This document shows positions 15,098-32,036 of a stretch of 63,869 nucleotides of DNA, one piece after another (position 1 is the first letter of the stretch; the number at the start of each line of letters is the position of its first letter). The stretch comes from Paraspadella gotoi. Lineage: Eukaryota > Animalia > Chaetognatha. Position numbers and translations under genes: made by a program. The stretch lies in NCBI GenBank assembly GCA_051294375.1, contig CM119264.1:13164813-13228681 (forward strand). Reading direction: 5' to 3'. The notes beneath the pieces are model-generated. The model made no database searches. It was not told where the DNA came from and worked only from the letters and a program-made list of their open reading frames with translations.

Positions 15098-16705
15098 AGG
15101 AAAGTAAGTTAAGTCAGTTTTTCCTCTTAGGTTCATTCCCTGGCGATTCGATGGAACCTCGTATGTCAAGACTCTTACCTCGTCCCTCTGCTAAAGTCTT
15201 TCATCTTCGTTGGTTATCTACTGGGTTAGTTGATGAAAGACAATGATAAACATCTCTGTCAACACATTGGTACAATTTTTAGCCTTTACTTTTTATATAC
15301 GAAGCGTGACTTGCCACAGGATGCACGTACATCGGTCCGATCATGGATCGATTCGGACGAAAACGCCTTACCGTGATTTCTCACGTCTTGACGGGCGTCT
15401 TCGGCATCGTCGTCGCTTTCGCCGACAACGTCATCCTTTATCTCTTTCTACGCATCCTTATCGGAGCTTGCACTCTGGTGAGGACAACATATTTGACCCG
15501 TTGCTCTTTTCGTGTTTTAGCGCATGCTCAATAATCAATTAATAGTGTTTTTCCCTGGTATTAATAGTATGCTTTCTCTCCCGTTTTTAATCGTTTCAAT
15601 TTATTTCTAAGGTTTTATAAACTGCGAGCTAAAGCTCAAAAACTTGTTAAACTTTCCCTTTCTTTTATAGCTATCTTTTTGTCTACAAATTTTGAAACTA
15701 TTGTTTTCCTCTTTGAAAACAATCCCCATCTAACAAACATCTCAAAAAGAAATGAACGACAGAGAGAATTCGGCTTTCAACTGTCATTAAAATTTTTGAC
15801 ATAGAATAAAATAAAGTCTGGTAGTTTTCATTCAAAATTTATAGTTTCGTACTGTAGCTTTGACCAAGTACAATGATATGATCATTGATATGATATCAAA
15901 TCTATGATAATCAAGGGCAATAAGTCAGAAGTAAATTTGAACCCAAACTTGAAGGTCGGCTACATGGGTAACTACATCATCGTCTGCGAAATGGTGCCAA
16001 AACGCCTCCGTGGACCCTTCGCCATGGCGGTCACCGTGCCTTGGGCCACGGCCACGGCCCTTCTACCCGCCCTGGCATACCTGTTGCCCCTGGCGCGGGA
16101 CCTGACCCTGGCCCTGGCCATACCCAACTTTTTGTTCGCTGTCCTCATCTATTTCTTCGTCCCGGAGAGTCTCACGTGGCTGCTCAACAATGGAAGGAGG
16201 TTGGAGTTGGAAGAGTTTTTGGTGAAAGAGGTAGGTGGGGTGGTGGGATCTGGGGTGGTGGGATCTGGGGTGGTGAAGCGGAGGGTGGAGAAAGGGTTGC
16301 TGAAGTGGGGTGACGGACTCAGATTAGAATGAGGGTCGCAGAATGGAAAAAAATGTTTTGGACACACAACAAATTACGAGATCTTATTAATATTATGTTA
16401 TTATTTTATAATCGTCTACGAAAGGACGAATTTTTTTTAATCATTTTTCATTGTATTTCGATTTTCTTTTCGTTGCGTTTAAAATGATTAAGAGAAAACA
16501 AAGTTTTATTTGCTCCAAAAAGCGATTTTTTGACAATAAAAACAGACATGTTTCGACTTTTTGTTCTTCAAGTTTTCAATATAACTAGGGAAAGAAGCGA
16601 AGTCCAAAGTTGGAGTTCGAACCAGGATTTTTAGCCGATGAAGAATTTGAAATAAACCAGAAAAAGTTGGAGAGCCAATCTAAAAGCTTGGGTAAGTTTA
16701 TTGCG

Positions 16706-16799
<94 letters not shown>

Positions 16800-18999
16800 A
16801 CTCCCATGATACAAACGGTTTCTTTATTGCCAAATGCTTTTTGCGTTAATGAAAAAAAAAAACTTTCTCCCTCTCAAATCTTTGACCGAAAATCTTCATT
16901 TCCCCGTTGGCTCAGGTTGCTTGTCCATCCTGAGATCCAAAATGTACCTCAAGTTCACGATCCTCTTGTGCCTCGTTTGGAACATCGACGCCGCCTTTTA
17001 TCACGGACTCAACTTTTCCTCGGCCACCGGGAAAAATCCCTACATCACTTTCTGTCTGAACGGAATTTCGGGTGAGTCGATCTGTGGTCATGGCGAGAAT
17101 CGGTACAAACATAGGGAAAGGAGAATTTAGAAACGAAAGAGCCGGAAAAAAGAATCGGTGAAAAAAAAATAAGTAATTTATTGATAAATGAATAATTAAA
17201 ATGATACTTTATTGTTACAAAAAGATAATATCACGGAACTTTTTTTTTTCCGTTTGCTTTCCTTTCCGCGTAACGCCGTAACGGTCACGCTTGAGGACGG
17301 AAAGGTAATAAACTTTGTTTCAACATTTTGAAAGAGCTCATCGGTTATCTCGCCGCGATGGCAATCACGGGGTTTTGCACGCGAAAACGTCCGACCGTAT
17401 TGCTGCACGTGTTGGCGGGAATTTTCGTTTGTCTCATTCCGCTTTGTCGCGCGGTCGCCGACGAGGACAACGTTCATGTCGCCAATTTCATCATAGGTGA
17501 GTTGTCGTTGTTGCTTCTGTTCAATGGACTTTGAATGGGATGTTGAGGAATAATTAGTTTCAACGTTTAAACAATAACAAAAATATGATTAGTAGATTAT
17601 TGATAAATAGAAGAAATACTTTATTCATATTGTTACGAGGATCGAATCTGAAAATTCAAAATAGTATCTATAGTTGCATTTACAAAGTTATAACGAAGCA
17701 AAAAGAAGTTTCTTTTTCCCGATGCGCAAGATAAACTCCAACGACTCCTTTTTTTCCTCTCAGCGTTGAACCTGATGTCCAAGTTCTGCATCACCATCAC
17801 CTTCGTGCTGGCGTGGCTCTACGCTGGAGAGGTCGTCCACACGAACCTCCGCTCCTCTGTCTTCGCCGTTTGCGAATTCATGTCGAGGGTGGGAAGTTTT
17901 TTGGCCCCGTTCCTCGTCTACTTGGTGAGTAGAGTGAGTGAGTGAGTGAGTGAGTGAGTGAGTGAGTGAGTGAGTGAGTGAGTGAGTGAGTGAGTGAGTG
18001 AGTGAGTGAGTGAGTGAGTAGAGTGAGTGAAAGTTACGTACGGGAAATTCTAAAAGTTAATTTGTAAAAAAAAATTAATTTTATGTTTTTTTTAATTTTC
18101 GCAGTAGGCTATATTTATATATAGTACTATCCTTATAAAATCGAAAAATTTCAAAATAAAGCTTTTCTTAATTTTGATTGCAGATTTGAATTCCTCGTCA
18201 TATGTTGATAAAAGAAAATAGAAATCATTTTTAAAAATTATTTCATATAAGTGGGTTAAAATTTAAAAAACTATATTTAATATATAAAAAGTTAATTTTC
18301 AGCTTAAAATATAGCTTTTTCTAATTTTTGACCCACATAATGGAGGAATTTTTCAAAAAGAGTTATATTTCTTTTTATCAACTTTTTATGACGAATCCAA
18401 ATCTGCATAAAAATCTGCGAAAATCTGCAAAAAAAACTGTTTGAAATTTTTAAAATCTGCAAAAATCTCAAAAATCTGCAAAAAAAACTGTTTTGAAATT
18501 TTAACATTTATTGGATTAGTACTAGTAAAAATATAGCCTTCTTCGTAATTGTAAAATTTATTATAAATTTTTTAATTACATAAATGTTCATTAGTATAAT
18601 GTTGTTCATTCCTCACTTTTTGAATTTTAATTAAAATTAAATTTAGAAATTTTACTACGCATTATTGGTGACTGGTGAGTGTCGTTTGTCCACGATTGAC
18701 TTTTTAACTTGTAAACGATTTAAAGATTATCTTTATATTACTTTGAATGAAGTTTAAAATATTTTCTTTTCCACCTTCTCCCTCTCATTTTCCTTGAAAA
18801 GGGCGAGCAAACTATCTCCGCCGCTCCGGAAATTCTGGTGGGTTTGCTTTCAATGTTGGCGGCGTTGTTGGTGCTGCCTCTACCGGAGACCGCCAAGCAT
18901 GCGTTGCCGAACACGAAGGACGACGTCAGGGCGATGATGCGCGGAGGGGACAAAGGAGAGAAGGAGGAGAAGGAAGAAGAAAATGCCAACGAAATTTGA
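14533..18999 (+). CDS. SLC22-family (organic cation/anion transporter-like, MFS) gene, 10 coding exons, 528 aa
   Basis: Exons 14533-14572, 14737-14975, 15131-15224, 15320-15477, 15955-16230, 16589-16691, 16916-17071, 17335-17496, 17764-17924, 18802-18999. All introns are GT..AG with consistent phases; total 1587 nt from ATG to TGA. Translation starts MDLDSALSKLGIWGFFPLV and contains a Cys-containing loop ending WNLVCQD, then DRFGRK, CEMVPKRLRG, VPESLTWL, YAGEVVHTNLRS, RVGSFLAP and LPET..LPNT, all SLC22 hallmarks. Exact ortholog not assignable. Confidence 0.93.
17925..18030 (+). repeat. (GTGA)n tetranucleotide microsatellite at the start of SLC22 intron 9
   Basis: gtgagtagagtgagtgagtgag... 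read directly. Confidence 0.95.
18399..18502 (+). repeat. Intronic AAAATCTGC(A) minisatellite with a ~50 bp higher-order duplication
   Basis: About six aaaatctgc-like units; aaaatctgcaaaaaaaactgttt(t)gaaatttt occurs twice. Confidence 0.8.
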
Positions 19000-21900
19000 G
19001 TGGGAGGGAGAAGGGAAGTTATTGGTTTAAGCGTTAGCTTACTGGCTTGGTGTGAATAGGGGAGAGAAAAGGAGAGGGCCGATAATAGCTATAGGCTCAA
19101 GTGGAGGACAAAAAACAGGTTTAACTAGGTCAAGATAATAAAAAAAAAATTCATTGTAAGAGGCAAAAAAAGAGATTGTGATATTTGTGCAAATTAACAG
19201 CAGGTGGAGAAAATAAACAGTGACATTTAAGTGGAATATATACGAAACGGTTAGTCAACCTTTAACGTAATTAAGTAAAAAAACCGAGTAATTCTACAAA
19301 ATACGAATTAAACTGGTTTTTGGGGCAATTCAATTCAGCATCTGTATTCATTATGATTATTGCATTCAAATTTTTAAAGAAAAATATGATTACATCATTA
19401 CTGTATCTAGAGATTTCAATTGATAAGAATTAAACAGACGTACTAAACATTGGCTTTTACGGCCTAAATATATTTTTTTTAAATATCAGTGCGAAATTGT
19501 TCTGTTTCATCTCTTTTGTGTTATTCTATCACCTCTTACTTTACTAGTCTCCAATGATTTTATACCACATTGTTCTTTTTATATTGGGTAATTTTTATGT
19601 CCTACATTTTCGATAAATAGCATGATTTATCAAAAATTGTTTATTAGATTATTGGATGGCCTTTTGTAAAGAATCTGTATAACGATAAACATAGTAGTAT
19701 ATTGTCGTTTACAGGTTCTATGGATTTAAATACAATACAGTATATGTAATAATTCCTCGTACATTTTTTTTAATTCCAAAAAATATTATATAAACGCATT
19801 TTGAAAAAAAAAATTGTATTCTGTAAAAGAATTTTTCTTTAATCAAATAAACTTCTGTGGACGCGTCCACACTACCATCTTTTTACGACAGTAATTTCAA
19901 GACTTTATTATACATCAATACTTAATATGTATATAACATTAGTCGAGGAATTTGCTAAATGTTTATTAAAGTTGGGCAAACAGTTTGGCGTAAAATTTTG
20001 AAGTGGACGTAATTCTTCTGAAATTAAGTTTTATTTTCAAAAGAAAATTTGCAATGTTTTACTTACAAAGACTTCAACTCGGGATCTCTTCCACGGAAGC
20101 GACGAAAATCTTTCTTACCACCAGTTGAATTTATGGCCGGTGGAAAAATTCAAAGCCCATGAATATTTTGCTCATAATTAGTTTTTTAAGGTCTTTTTTT
20201 TTCTATTTTGGGTCATTGCGCCTTATTTTCTATCCCCACCGAGTTAATTGCATAGAGAAGGCGCCGCTGCCGCAGCTTCCGCCGCTTCCGCCTCCTCTGC
20301 CGCCTTCTTATTTTTTGGCGAGAGGCGGGGAATAAAGTTCGTTCGATGCGAAGGTCTAAGGTTCGAATCCTAAGTTGGTTAGAGATGCAAGAATGCAGCG
20401 AATAATGAAAAAGAATAGAATCTGCAAATACTGCAATGAACCCAGAAGAAGTCGCGGCAGGATTAAATCCTGAACCCAATGATAATGAATGTTACTTGTG
20501 AATAAAATAATTTTTTTTTAATTTTCTTTATTCGAGAAATTATTAACGGAAGCGAGAGAATATTTTCTTATCCGCGTTCTGGACCGTAAAAAAAAAAAAA
20601 GGCCCGCTAAAACAACGGTTACGAGGCCGCCGCCACCGCCGACGAGGCCGCCGACGCCGTCAGGAACGCCGCAGTCTCCGACGCCACTACCCTGACGACG
20701 CCGCCGGCCGCCGCCGCCGCCAACAAAACTCGTAGAACGGCGTCTTCGTCGTCGTCGATGTAAAATTAATGAAAAGGAAATTGAGTTCGAGGGAAGAAAC
20801 TTCCGTCCGTCGACGACAAAGGCGCTTCGGCATATTAAGCAGAGGGAGAGGAAGATGGGGCACGGGGCGAGGAAGAGAGGGGGGGGAGGATATGAGGAGA
20901 AAAAGAATAGAGGGAGGAAGAGAGGAGTAAGAGGGGGGGGAAATGGGAGAAGCAGGGAGTCGGTGCGGAGAGTGCGGGAGGGAGGAGTGAGAGAGAGAGA
21001 GAGGAGTGATAGAGTTTGGGGGAGGAAGAAATGAGAGAGGACGAAGGGGGGAAAACGGAGGGAGTGGCTAAACGCGGGACGAAGAGAGAAAAATCAAGGA
21101 CGAAGCGATGATGAAAATTTTCAGTAATGAGGAGTTCATGATTCATAATGGGTTGAATGAGCTCACCTTCACGACAAAAACACGGACGACAAAGGGGACG
21201 GTAGGAGGGCGAAGGAGGTCGGGGATGAAAAACGATGAGAGGTGGAGGAGGAACCATCGCAGAGAAGGAGGCGGAGCGAGAGAAGAGAGGGAGGTGAGAG
21301 AAGAGAAGGAGAAGGAGAAGAGAAGGAGAAGAGAAGAGAAGAGAAGAGAAGGAGAAGAGAAGAGAAGAGAAGAGAAGAGAAGAGAAGAGAAGAGAAGAGA
21401 AGAGAAGAGAAGTGAAGGAGGCAGATCAAGACATCGAGAAAGAATTTCTTACCCGGAGGGTCGAGGCTGCGGGGCCGGAGTTGGATGAAGGAAAGAATGC
21501 GTCGAATTGGAAAGGCGCATTGATTTTATTCAAATCAACGACGACGCCGACTATGAACAGGAAGACGCCGGAAATGTTTTTTTTCTTTTTCTTTCTTTTA
21601 AAGACGGCGTCGTCGGAATGGAAAAAAAAAAGGATTTTAAGGGGGGGTTGCAGAAAGAGAACTCATTGTCATCGGAAAGTAAGTTTCGTCCTAGTTTTCA
21701 TTCTGATTAGATCTANNNNNNNNNNATTAGATCTAATTATGATTGCTATTACGTTCGTATCGACATGAGATGAACAATTTCAAGAGTTTTTGAATATAAA
21801 TACAGTTTTTCGATTCATTAGTTTCTTTTTCGCGATGTCGCCAGCTGAAACTCTGAGTTTGAACTTTGATGTGACGACCAAGTTTCAAGGGATAAATCGC

Positions 21901-22554
21901 ATCGGCGCGAGATAAAAAAAGAAATCTCCCCGTTTTCTTTTCTCTCTTCATCGCTCACTTATCTTGATTCTTCACTCATCCTTGTCTCGCCTTATTTTCG
22001 CTCATCATCCTAGATTTTTCGTCATTGTGATGACGTCGTCGTCGTCGTCGTCGTCGTCGTCTTTTTCATTTTCGTGACGTCATCATCGTCGTCGAAGGGA
22101 AAAAAAACGGGGAAAGATCCAGTAATGTGAAGAGGGTCGAAGAGAATGGGGTCACACATCCAGCCGGAGATAGAGTCACTTTATAGGGTCTTGTAAGAGT
22201 AAGATTGAAACAACGTCGTCGAAGTTGGATTTCAAAAGAACAGCCTCGCTTGACAGAAAATGTGAAAATCAACGTGATAGCCTTGATAGTTATCTTGATA
22301 GGCCCGCGTTGAGATTTTTGAATTTGTAATTAATTTCACATCACAGTCAACCCTCTTATTCTCGACACCCCGGGCAAATCCAGTCGCTCCGTTTTGTCCT
22401 CGGGGAACTATTTCAATATCAAAGTAAAACGGGACCCTGAGTGACCTCTTCCGCTCATTCCGAACCCAAAGTGGCATTTACTTTTACGGTAGGGATAACA
22501 CTTAAAGGGTCGCCCTCATTTTGCTCGAAAAGGGTATTTTTCCCTTTTCCTCTG

Positions 22555-22646
<92 letters not shown>

Positions 22647-23028
22647 CGATTTCTTCTTTTCTGCCCCCAGGGTTTCCTCTTTACATTCTGACCTTAACGA
22701 TCATCGGTTCTAGTCAACAACCTCACCTCCAGGCGAACCACCCCATCCCTTTCGTTTTCACTCGCTAGAGTTTTACGTCATCATCAAAAGGCGAACAAAA
22801 GATCATTGAAATTTTTAAACCTTTCGTTAAGAGTTAAATCTATTGGGAGGCGCAATGAATAACCCTCGGGCCCCAAATTTTTTATGTTTAAGGAGAACAA
22901 GGAAAAAATAGGAATAGAGGAAAAAGGGAGAAGAGAATTGATAGGCTCTAAAATCTTTCCTGGGAAATGAGATGGGAGGAAGAAGACGAGGTCTGCAACA
23001 TTTCCTTTTGAAAAGGCAGAGAAGAGAG

Positions 23029-23070
<42 letters not shown>

Positions 23071-23095
23071 AGAGAAGAGAGAGAAGAGAGAGAGA

Positions 23096-23185
<90 letters not shown>

Positions 23186-23609
23186 GAGAGAGAGAATGGG
23201 GTAAACATTGACCCGAATCTATTTCTTGTGAAAAAAGGACATTTTAGCGCCTTCGAGCGAGATTTCTTTTCAGTATTCACCGTTTAGCTTTCAGCGAATC
23301 GCTTCTAATAGTAAATAAAAGTACAGTAACGATAATTATTTTGCTAAGTACATTGTGACACTCATTTGTACTCGTCTGCTCCTCCTCTCAAATGCTCATC
23401 GCAACCTTTTTTTTTCTCCGGCCCCGAACTTTTTTTTTAAACCGACTCGATCACCAAAAAAAAAAAAAAATTCCCTCTCCCGCCCACCTCCCCCGGTCGT
23501 CCCCGGCATTTCGTCTTTTTTTAACTTAAAATGACCCGGTTCGCCGTTCTCCTCTGCATAGAGATTTCCGCATTATGGAAATTCTTCTTTCCCCAATCAT
23601 TGTTGGTTT

Positions 23610-24224
23610 CCGCGGCGGAAGTGGGCGTGGGCGGAGGGCCGAGGTGAGCGGAAATGGGAGAGGGTTGAGGGGCGAGTTGGTTGCGGACGTTGGTGAATGT
23701 GGATATGGAGGATGAGACCTGGACGGGGATGCAAAGGATGGTGGAGACTGGAGAGGGAAAGATGGAAGATGGAAAAGAAAAAGTAGGCCAGGATTTAGGA
23801 AGAGTTGAAGAGTTGTCGGTAAAAAAAGGAAGAGATTGAGTAGGCCTACGTGGACGAGCCGGTGCGGTCGAAGAGGAGGAAAGGAAAGGCGTAAAACGTC
23901 TGAGGGCGTGGCGGGTAAGTTAAAGGCGTGGTTAAAAAAACGTCGGCGTAAAAGAGTGGAGAGCAGGAGGCAGGTGAAAAAGAATTAACCTTCCCAACTC
24001 CTCGCATCCTTTTCCCTTCCTTCCGGTCTAACGTCATCAGTCACCGAAAAACTTTAATAACCATCAACTTCGAGCAACGATCGCCGCAAATTTCAATCCG
24101 TTCCGCCCTCGGACCGCCAACCGCTCGCCGCGCTACGCCGCCCACCCGCCGCGCTACGCCGCCAGCCCGCCGCCTCCCGCTCCCCCCCAGCCGTCTGATT
24201 TCATTCGAGGCACGCAGCAGCAAG
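23610..24224 (+). promoter_or_regulatory. Probable GC-rich promoter and non-coding first exon of a + strand gene
   Basis: ETS-like CGGAAGT overlapping KLF/Sp GGGCGTGGGCGG (23616-23634); further GGCGTGG boxes at ~23904-23931; initiator-like TCAGTC (24037-24042); CpG-rich leader; consensus donor AAG|gtgagt at 24224/24225. Confidence 0.5.
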
Positions 24225-25062
24225 GTGAGTCGAATGGCAACGGGTCAGCGCCGCAAAGCGACTCGAGAGGTTGGGAGTCGATGAATCGACAGCTGGGAAG
24301 GTCAGGCGATGCACCGTCTTGTTCGGAACTCGAATGTCCGGGGATGAGCAGTCCTGCTTGGACCTCTGAAAGGTCAGACGGCTATTGGATGATGAAAGTA
24401 GTGTTTCTTAACTCACGTCGCTTCGAAACTCACTTTTTCAATTCGGTGATAAGTTAAGATTATCGTAATAGATTTATAATATGAAAGATTCAACTTTTAA
24501 CGACTTGGTAATTTGTTTCGTTATCGACATAGAGTTAGAAAGAAAGCGATCGAGTGGTCACGAGCGAGTTTCTATCGCTGCTCCGCCAGACTTTATCTCA
24601 CAATTCTCAACCTTTACAAAACCTTACCCTTCGCACGGACGATTTCCTTATTTACTCCTTCCTCCTCCTCCCTTCAAGTCTTTCGACTCGCCCTTTTCCC
24701 CAACGCCCATTTCCTTTTCGCCTTTTCTGGCACCTGGCGCGGCAGCGGCGGCGACGGCGGCCGCGGCGGCTGAGCGGTCACGCAATATTTCACGAGGATG
24801 GGTTGAGTAAGTACAGCAACGAAAAAAAGAAAGGTCTGAGGCTGGGGATAAGGTTGGTGAGCCATGGATAAAGGGGGTTCTTGGGAAGTTGAGAAAGAAA
24901 GAAGAGAAAGAAAAGAAAGTTTAAAAAGAAAGGAGAAGAGCAACCAAGGGGAACTCTAATATGAATAAGAGTAACGAAAGGATTTGACTTTTGCGATCTT
25001 TCTCCCCCCTTTTTTGGCATTACGCAAAAAAAAAAAAAAGACCTTCTCTCTCTCTCTCTCTT

Positions 25063-25153
<91 letters not shown>

Positions 25154-25959
25154 TTTCTCCCCCCTTTGGCAGATGCTCTTCATTTCTCCTTTTTTCCCTC
25201 ATTTTTCTTTTCTTTTTTTAACCAAATTCCACTCCTCTTTTTTTCCCCTTTTTTTCTCTTGGGCTGAATCTGCAGCCAACAAGTGGCTCCTGCCAGATTT
25301 TTTTTTCTGTCGCACTTTTTATGATTTTTTTTTCCTTTCTTTTTGATATTTTTTTCTGGTTGATAATTTTTACTTATTTGAATATAATGTCAGCAATTAT
25401 TATATTTATGATTTATGCCTCCTTAGGAGTTATGAAAGATTAAAATATTTATGAAAGTTTAATGAAATTGGTACAATTAATAAGTAAGGCCTCTGACCCC
25501 GAACTTAGGACACTGGAGTAGACTGAGGACAGGTTATAGTTGGTTATTAACCAATGGTTAAGGTCTTTAATTCTCTATCCTTCTCACAAGATAAAAACAT
25601 AGCAGCAGCATTGAAAGCTAGACTCTCTCACATTTTTGTCTATTTAAAATTCAAAAACTGCACAGGTGCGTTTCGCATTGGAAAAAGTGACATATGAAAT
25701 CGGGGAATTTACATATCAAAACTTGAGTTCGGAAAACATGCTCTTTCATTATCTTTCTCTCTTTCAGCATCTCTCTCTATATCTCTCTCTTGGTCTCTCT
25801 GTCTCTCCCACCTAGTCCCCGTCTTATCTATTTTTATTCTCCTCTACTTAAAAAAACCCAAAAAATTCGAGACTAAAATCTCTTCTACTTTCTATCATCT
25901 ATATTTTGCTAACTTCGTAAACACTAAGCGATTTCAACGGAATCATTCGAATCGTGGAA

Positions 25960-29396
<3,437 letters not shown>

Positions 29397-30425
29397 TTTT
29401 TATTCAATTCCTTTTTTGGGGGTGGAAGTAAAGTCATTATTTACTCAATAATTACTCATTAATCATTACCATTAACCAAGAATTATAAACGCCTTTTTCA
29501 ACCCCTCCCTTCACCAAAAAAAATGTACCTGATAAAATTTCCTCCATAAACTTGGAACAACTACTTAAAATCCACCTTTTTAAAAAAAATGTATTTTCAA
29601 GTTATCGAATTATCTACGAAAAAAAAAATTGAATTTCGCCAAATTATATGCGTTTCATCGAAAAGTATGGACGTAGTTTTTGAAAGATTAAGAAGTGGAG
29701 AAATTGATTTAATTTGCTAATTGAATTGTTGACCTCCTAAGCCGAATATAAATATATAAAAGCCGAATGTAACAGGTTAAAAAGCAAAACGTCACAAGGA
29801 ATCTGAAAAACCCCAAGGGGGGAATCCTTCTGCTCTTTTTTTTTTCTTTTAAGGTTTGAACGATGTCAGACAATCGAGTCGTCGCCGTCTCACTCTTGAA
29901 AACGAAAAAAAAAAACCCAGCGACTTTATGGATGTATGCAAATTGATTTTTAGTCTGGTTTCTTCTCTTTCAATCTTCTTTTCTACACCCTCTTTCTCTT
30001 CTCCAATATCGACTTCTGCTCTTGTATTATCCCAAAAAAATGTTTTTCCCGCCTCCAAAAATGTCACAAGTTTCGCTTGCCATCTCAATCCATTAGTCGG
30101 AAAGTAAAGTTTATTATCTGCGACAATAACATCGTCTTCAAATATATTTTCTCTGAAGAGAGAGATAGACAGACAGCAGATTAGAGATATAACTTACCAA
30201 ACAAATAGTATCGTTTGTTTCCGTCGCATAATGCGACCCAAACAACAAAACCTATGGAAAAAAAGTTGGCAGATATCGGAGAGGAAAGAATGGAATAAAT
30301 AAATAAAGAAACAAAATATCGGGGGAAGTAAAGGGCAAAAATTCTATTTCCTCATCGACGAAATTTGTGTATCGAGTAAGAAAGAAAAAAAGAAAGAATG
30401 AAAGGGAGAAAGAAAAAAAGAAATA

Positions 30426-30533
<108 letters not shown>

Positions 30534-31548
30534 AACGAAAGAAATAGAAAATAAAAAACCGAAGAAAGATGAGAAAAAAAAGATAAAATAAAAGATAAAA
30601 AGAATAAACGCCGCCGCAGCATCTGTTTCTGCCGCTGCTGCCGCCGCTGCCGCCGCTTTCTTTCGTCTTTTTTTTTTAAGATTCCATCAGAAAACGTGTC
30701 CTCTTTTCGCCCCGATCTTGTTTCCCGGTGATTCCATCCCATTTCCGGAAAAGCAATCGCTTGTCTCTTCGCTCTTTGCGCACGATCGTAGCTTTCGATG
30801 TCACGATTTAAACTCTCCCCTAACTCCTCCCTCAATCCCTCCTCACTCCCCCCTCACTCCCTCCTCACTCCTCCCTCATATAGTGAAGCGCCTTTTTCGA
30901 CCACTTTTCGACTCGCAAAACGTCGAAAAGTCGCTGCGAGATTTTACTGGTCGAAAAGTCGAATTCGACTGATAATCAGTCGAATTAATGGAGGAGCGTG
31001 AATTCATTGAAGACTCTCTGGTCGAATTCGACTCGGAATTGGTCAACGACATCAAATATGATGAGCTCTTTCTCTCTCGTTCTCTCTCTCTCTCTTCACT
31101 CTCTCTCTTTCACTCTCTCTCTTTCTCTCTTTCTCTTCTTCTCTTTCTCTCTCTTTGTATTTCTCTCTCTTTCTCTCGCTAATTGCCAATGTAGTAAAAA
31201 ATTAAAATAAATTCTTATGAATGAATTCATACATGTAAAATAATTTATAATGTAGAAGACGAAATACGGGAAAATAAATGTAGGGAAAAAGGTGAAGGAT
31301 TGTGACGATGTAAGAAGTAAGAAAATTCATTTAAAAACCGATATTTGCTCATTTGCTAAATTAAAGATGAATTCATATGAATAAATTCATACATAAATTC
31401 AATCAGTCTGTTCGGTTAAAATAAGATTATATTGTTGATATATTAAGAAATGAATTCATATAGATGAATTCGTATACAAATCTAAGACTTGAAATCAACA
31501 AGCATTTTCTATGTAAATAAATTCTCATGAAAGAATTTACTAAGTATC

Positions 31549-31750
31549 AACTTGCATAATATTTTTTAACTAACATATTTTTTTTCAACTTGCATAATAT
31601 TTTCGACTTGTATAATTTTTTCCACTTGCATAATTTTTTCAAACTTGTATAATTTTTTTTAAACTTGCATAATATTTTAACTTGCATACTTTTTTTCACT
31701 TGTATAATTTTTTTACCTTGTATAATTTTTTTAACTTGCATAATTTTTTC
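31549..31750 (+). repeat. ~18-20 bp minisatellite (AACTTG[C/T]ATAATTTTTT), about 11 units; allele at ~39802-40088 has about 16 units
   Basis: Units counted directly; counts are approximate. Confidence 0.9.
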
Positions 31751-32036
31751 TTTTAATTTCATTTCCATTCGCAAAATTACATCGAAACACACATCTCAAT
31801 CCAAAGTTTATTGAAAGATTGTAAACATCAGTCAGAAGAAGAAGTGTCATCAACTCTAAACTTTGGTCTCTGACTTTAAAGTCTTAAACTCCTACTATAT
31901 ACTATTGGTTAAACCAATTCAAAATTTTCTTGCACCAATCGATAGCTCTATAAAAGTGAAATTAAAATTAAAAAAGTGTATTTAAAGCTAACTTTTTTTG
32001 CACTGCAGTTTCACTTTCCTGATTACAACAAAATAA

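Noticed and set aside
31549-31750. Regular repeat as a possible CRISPR-like array
   Set aside because: Units are contiguous with no unique spacers, and the context is eukaryotic with no cas genes.
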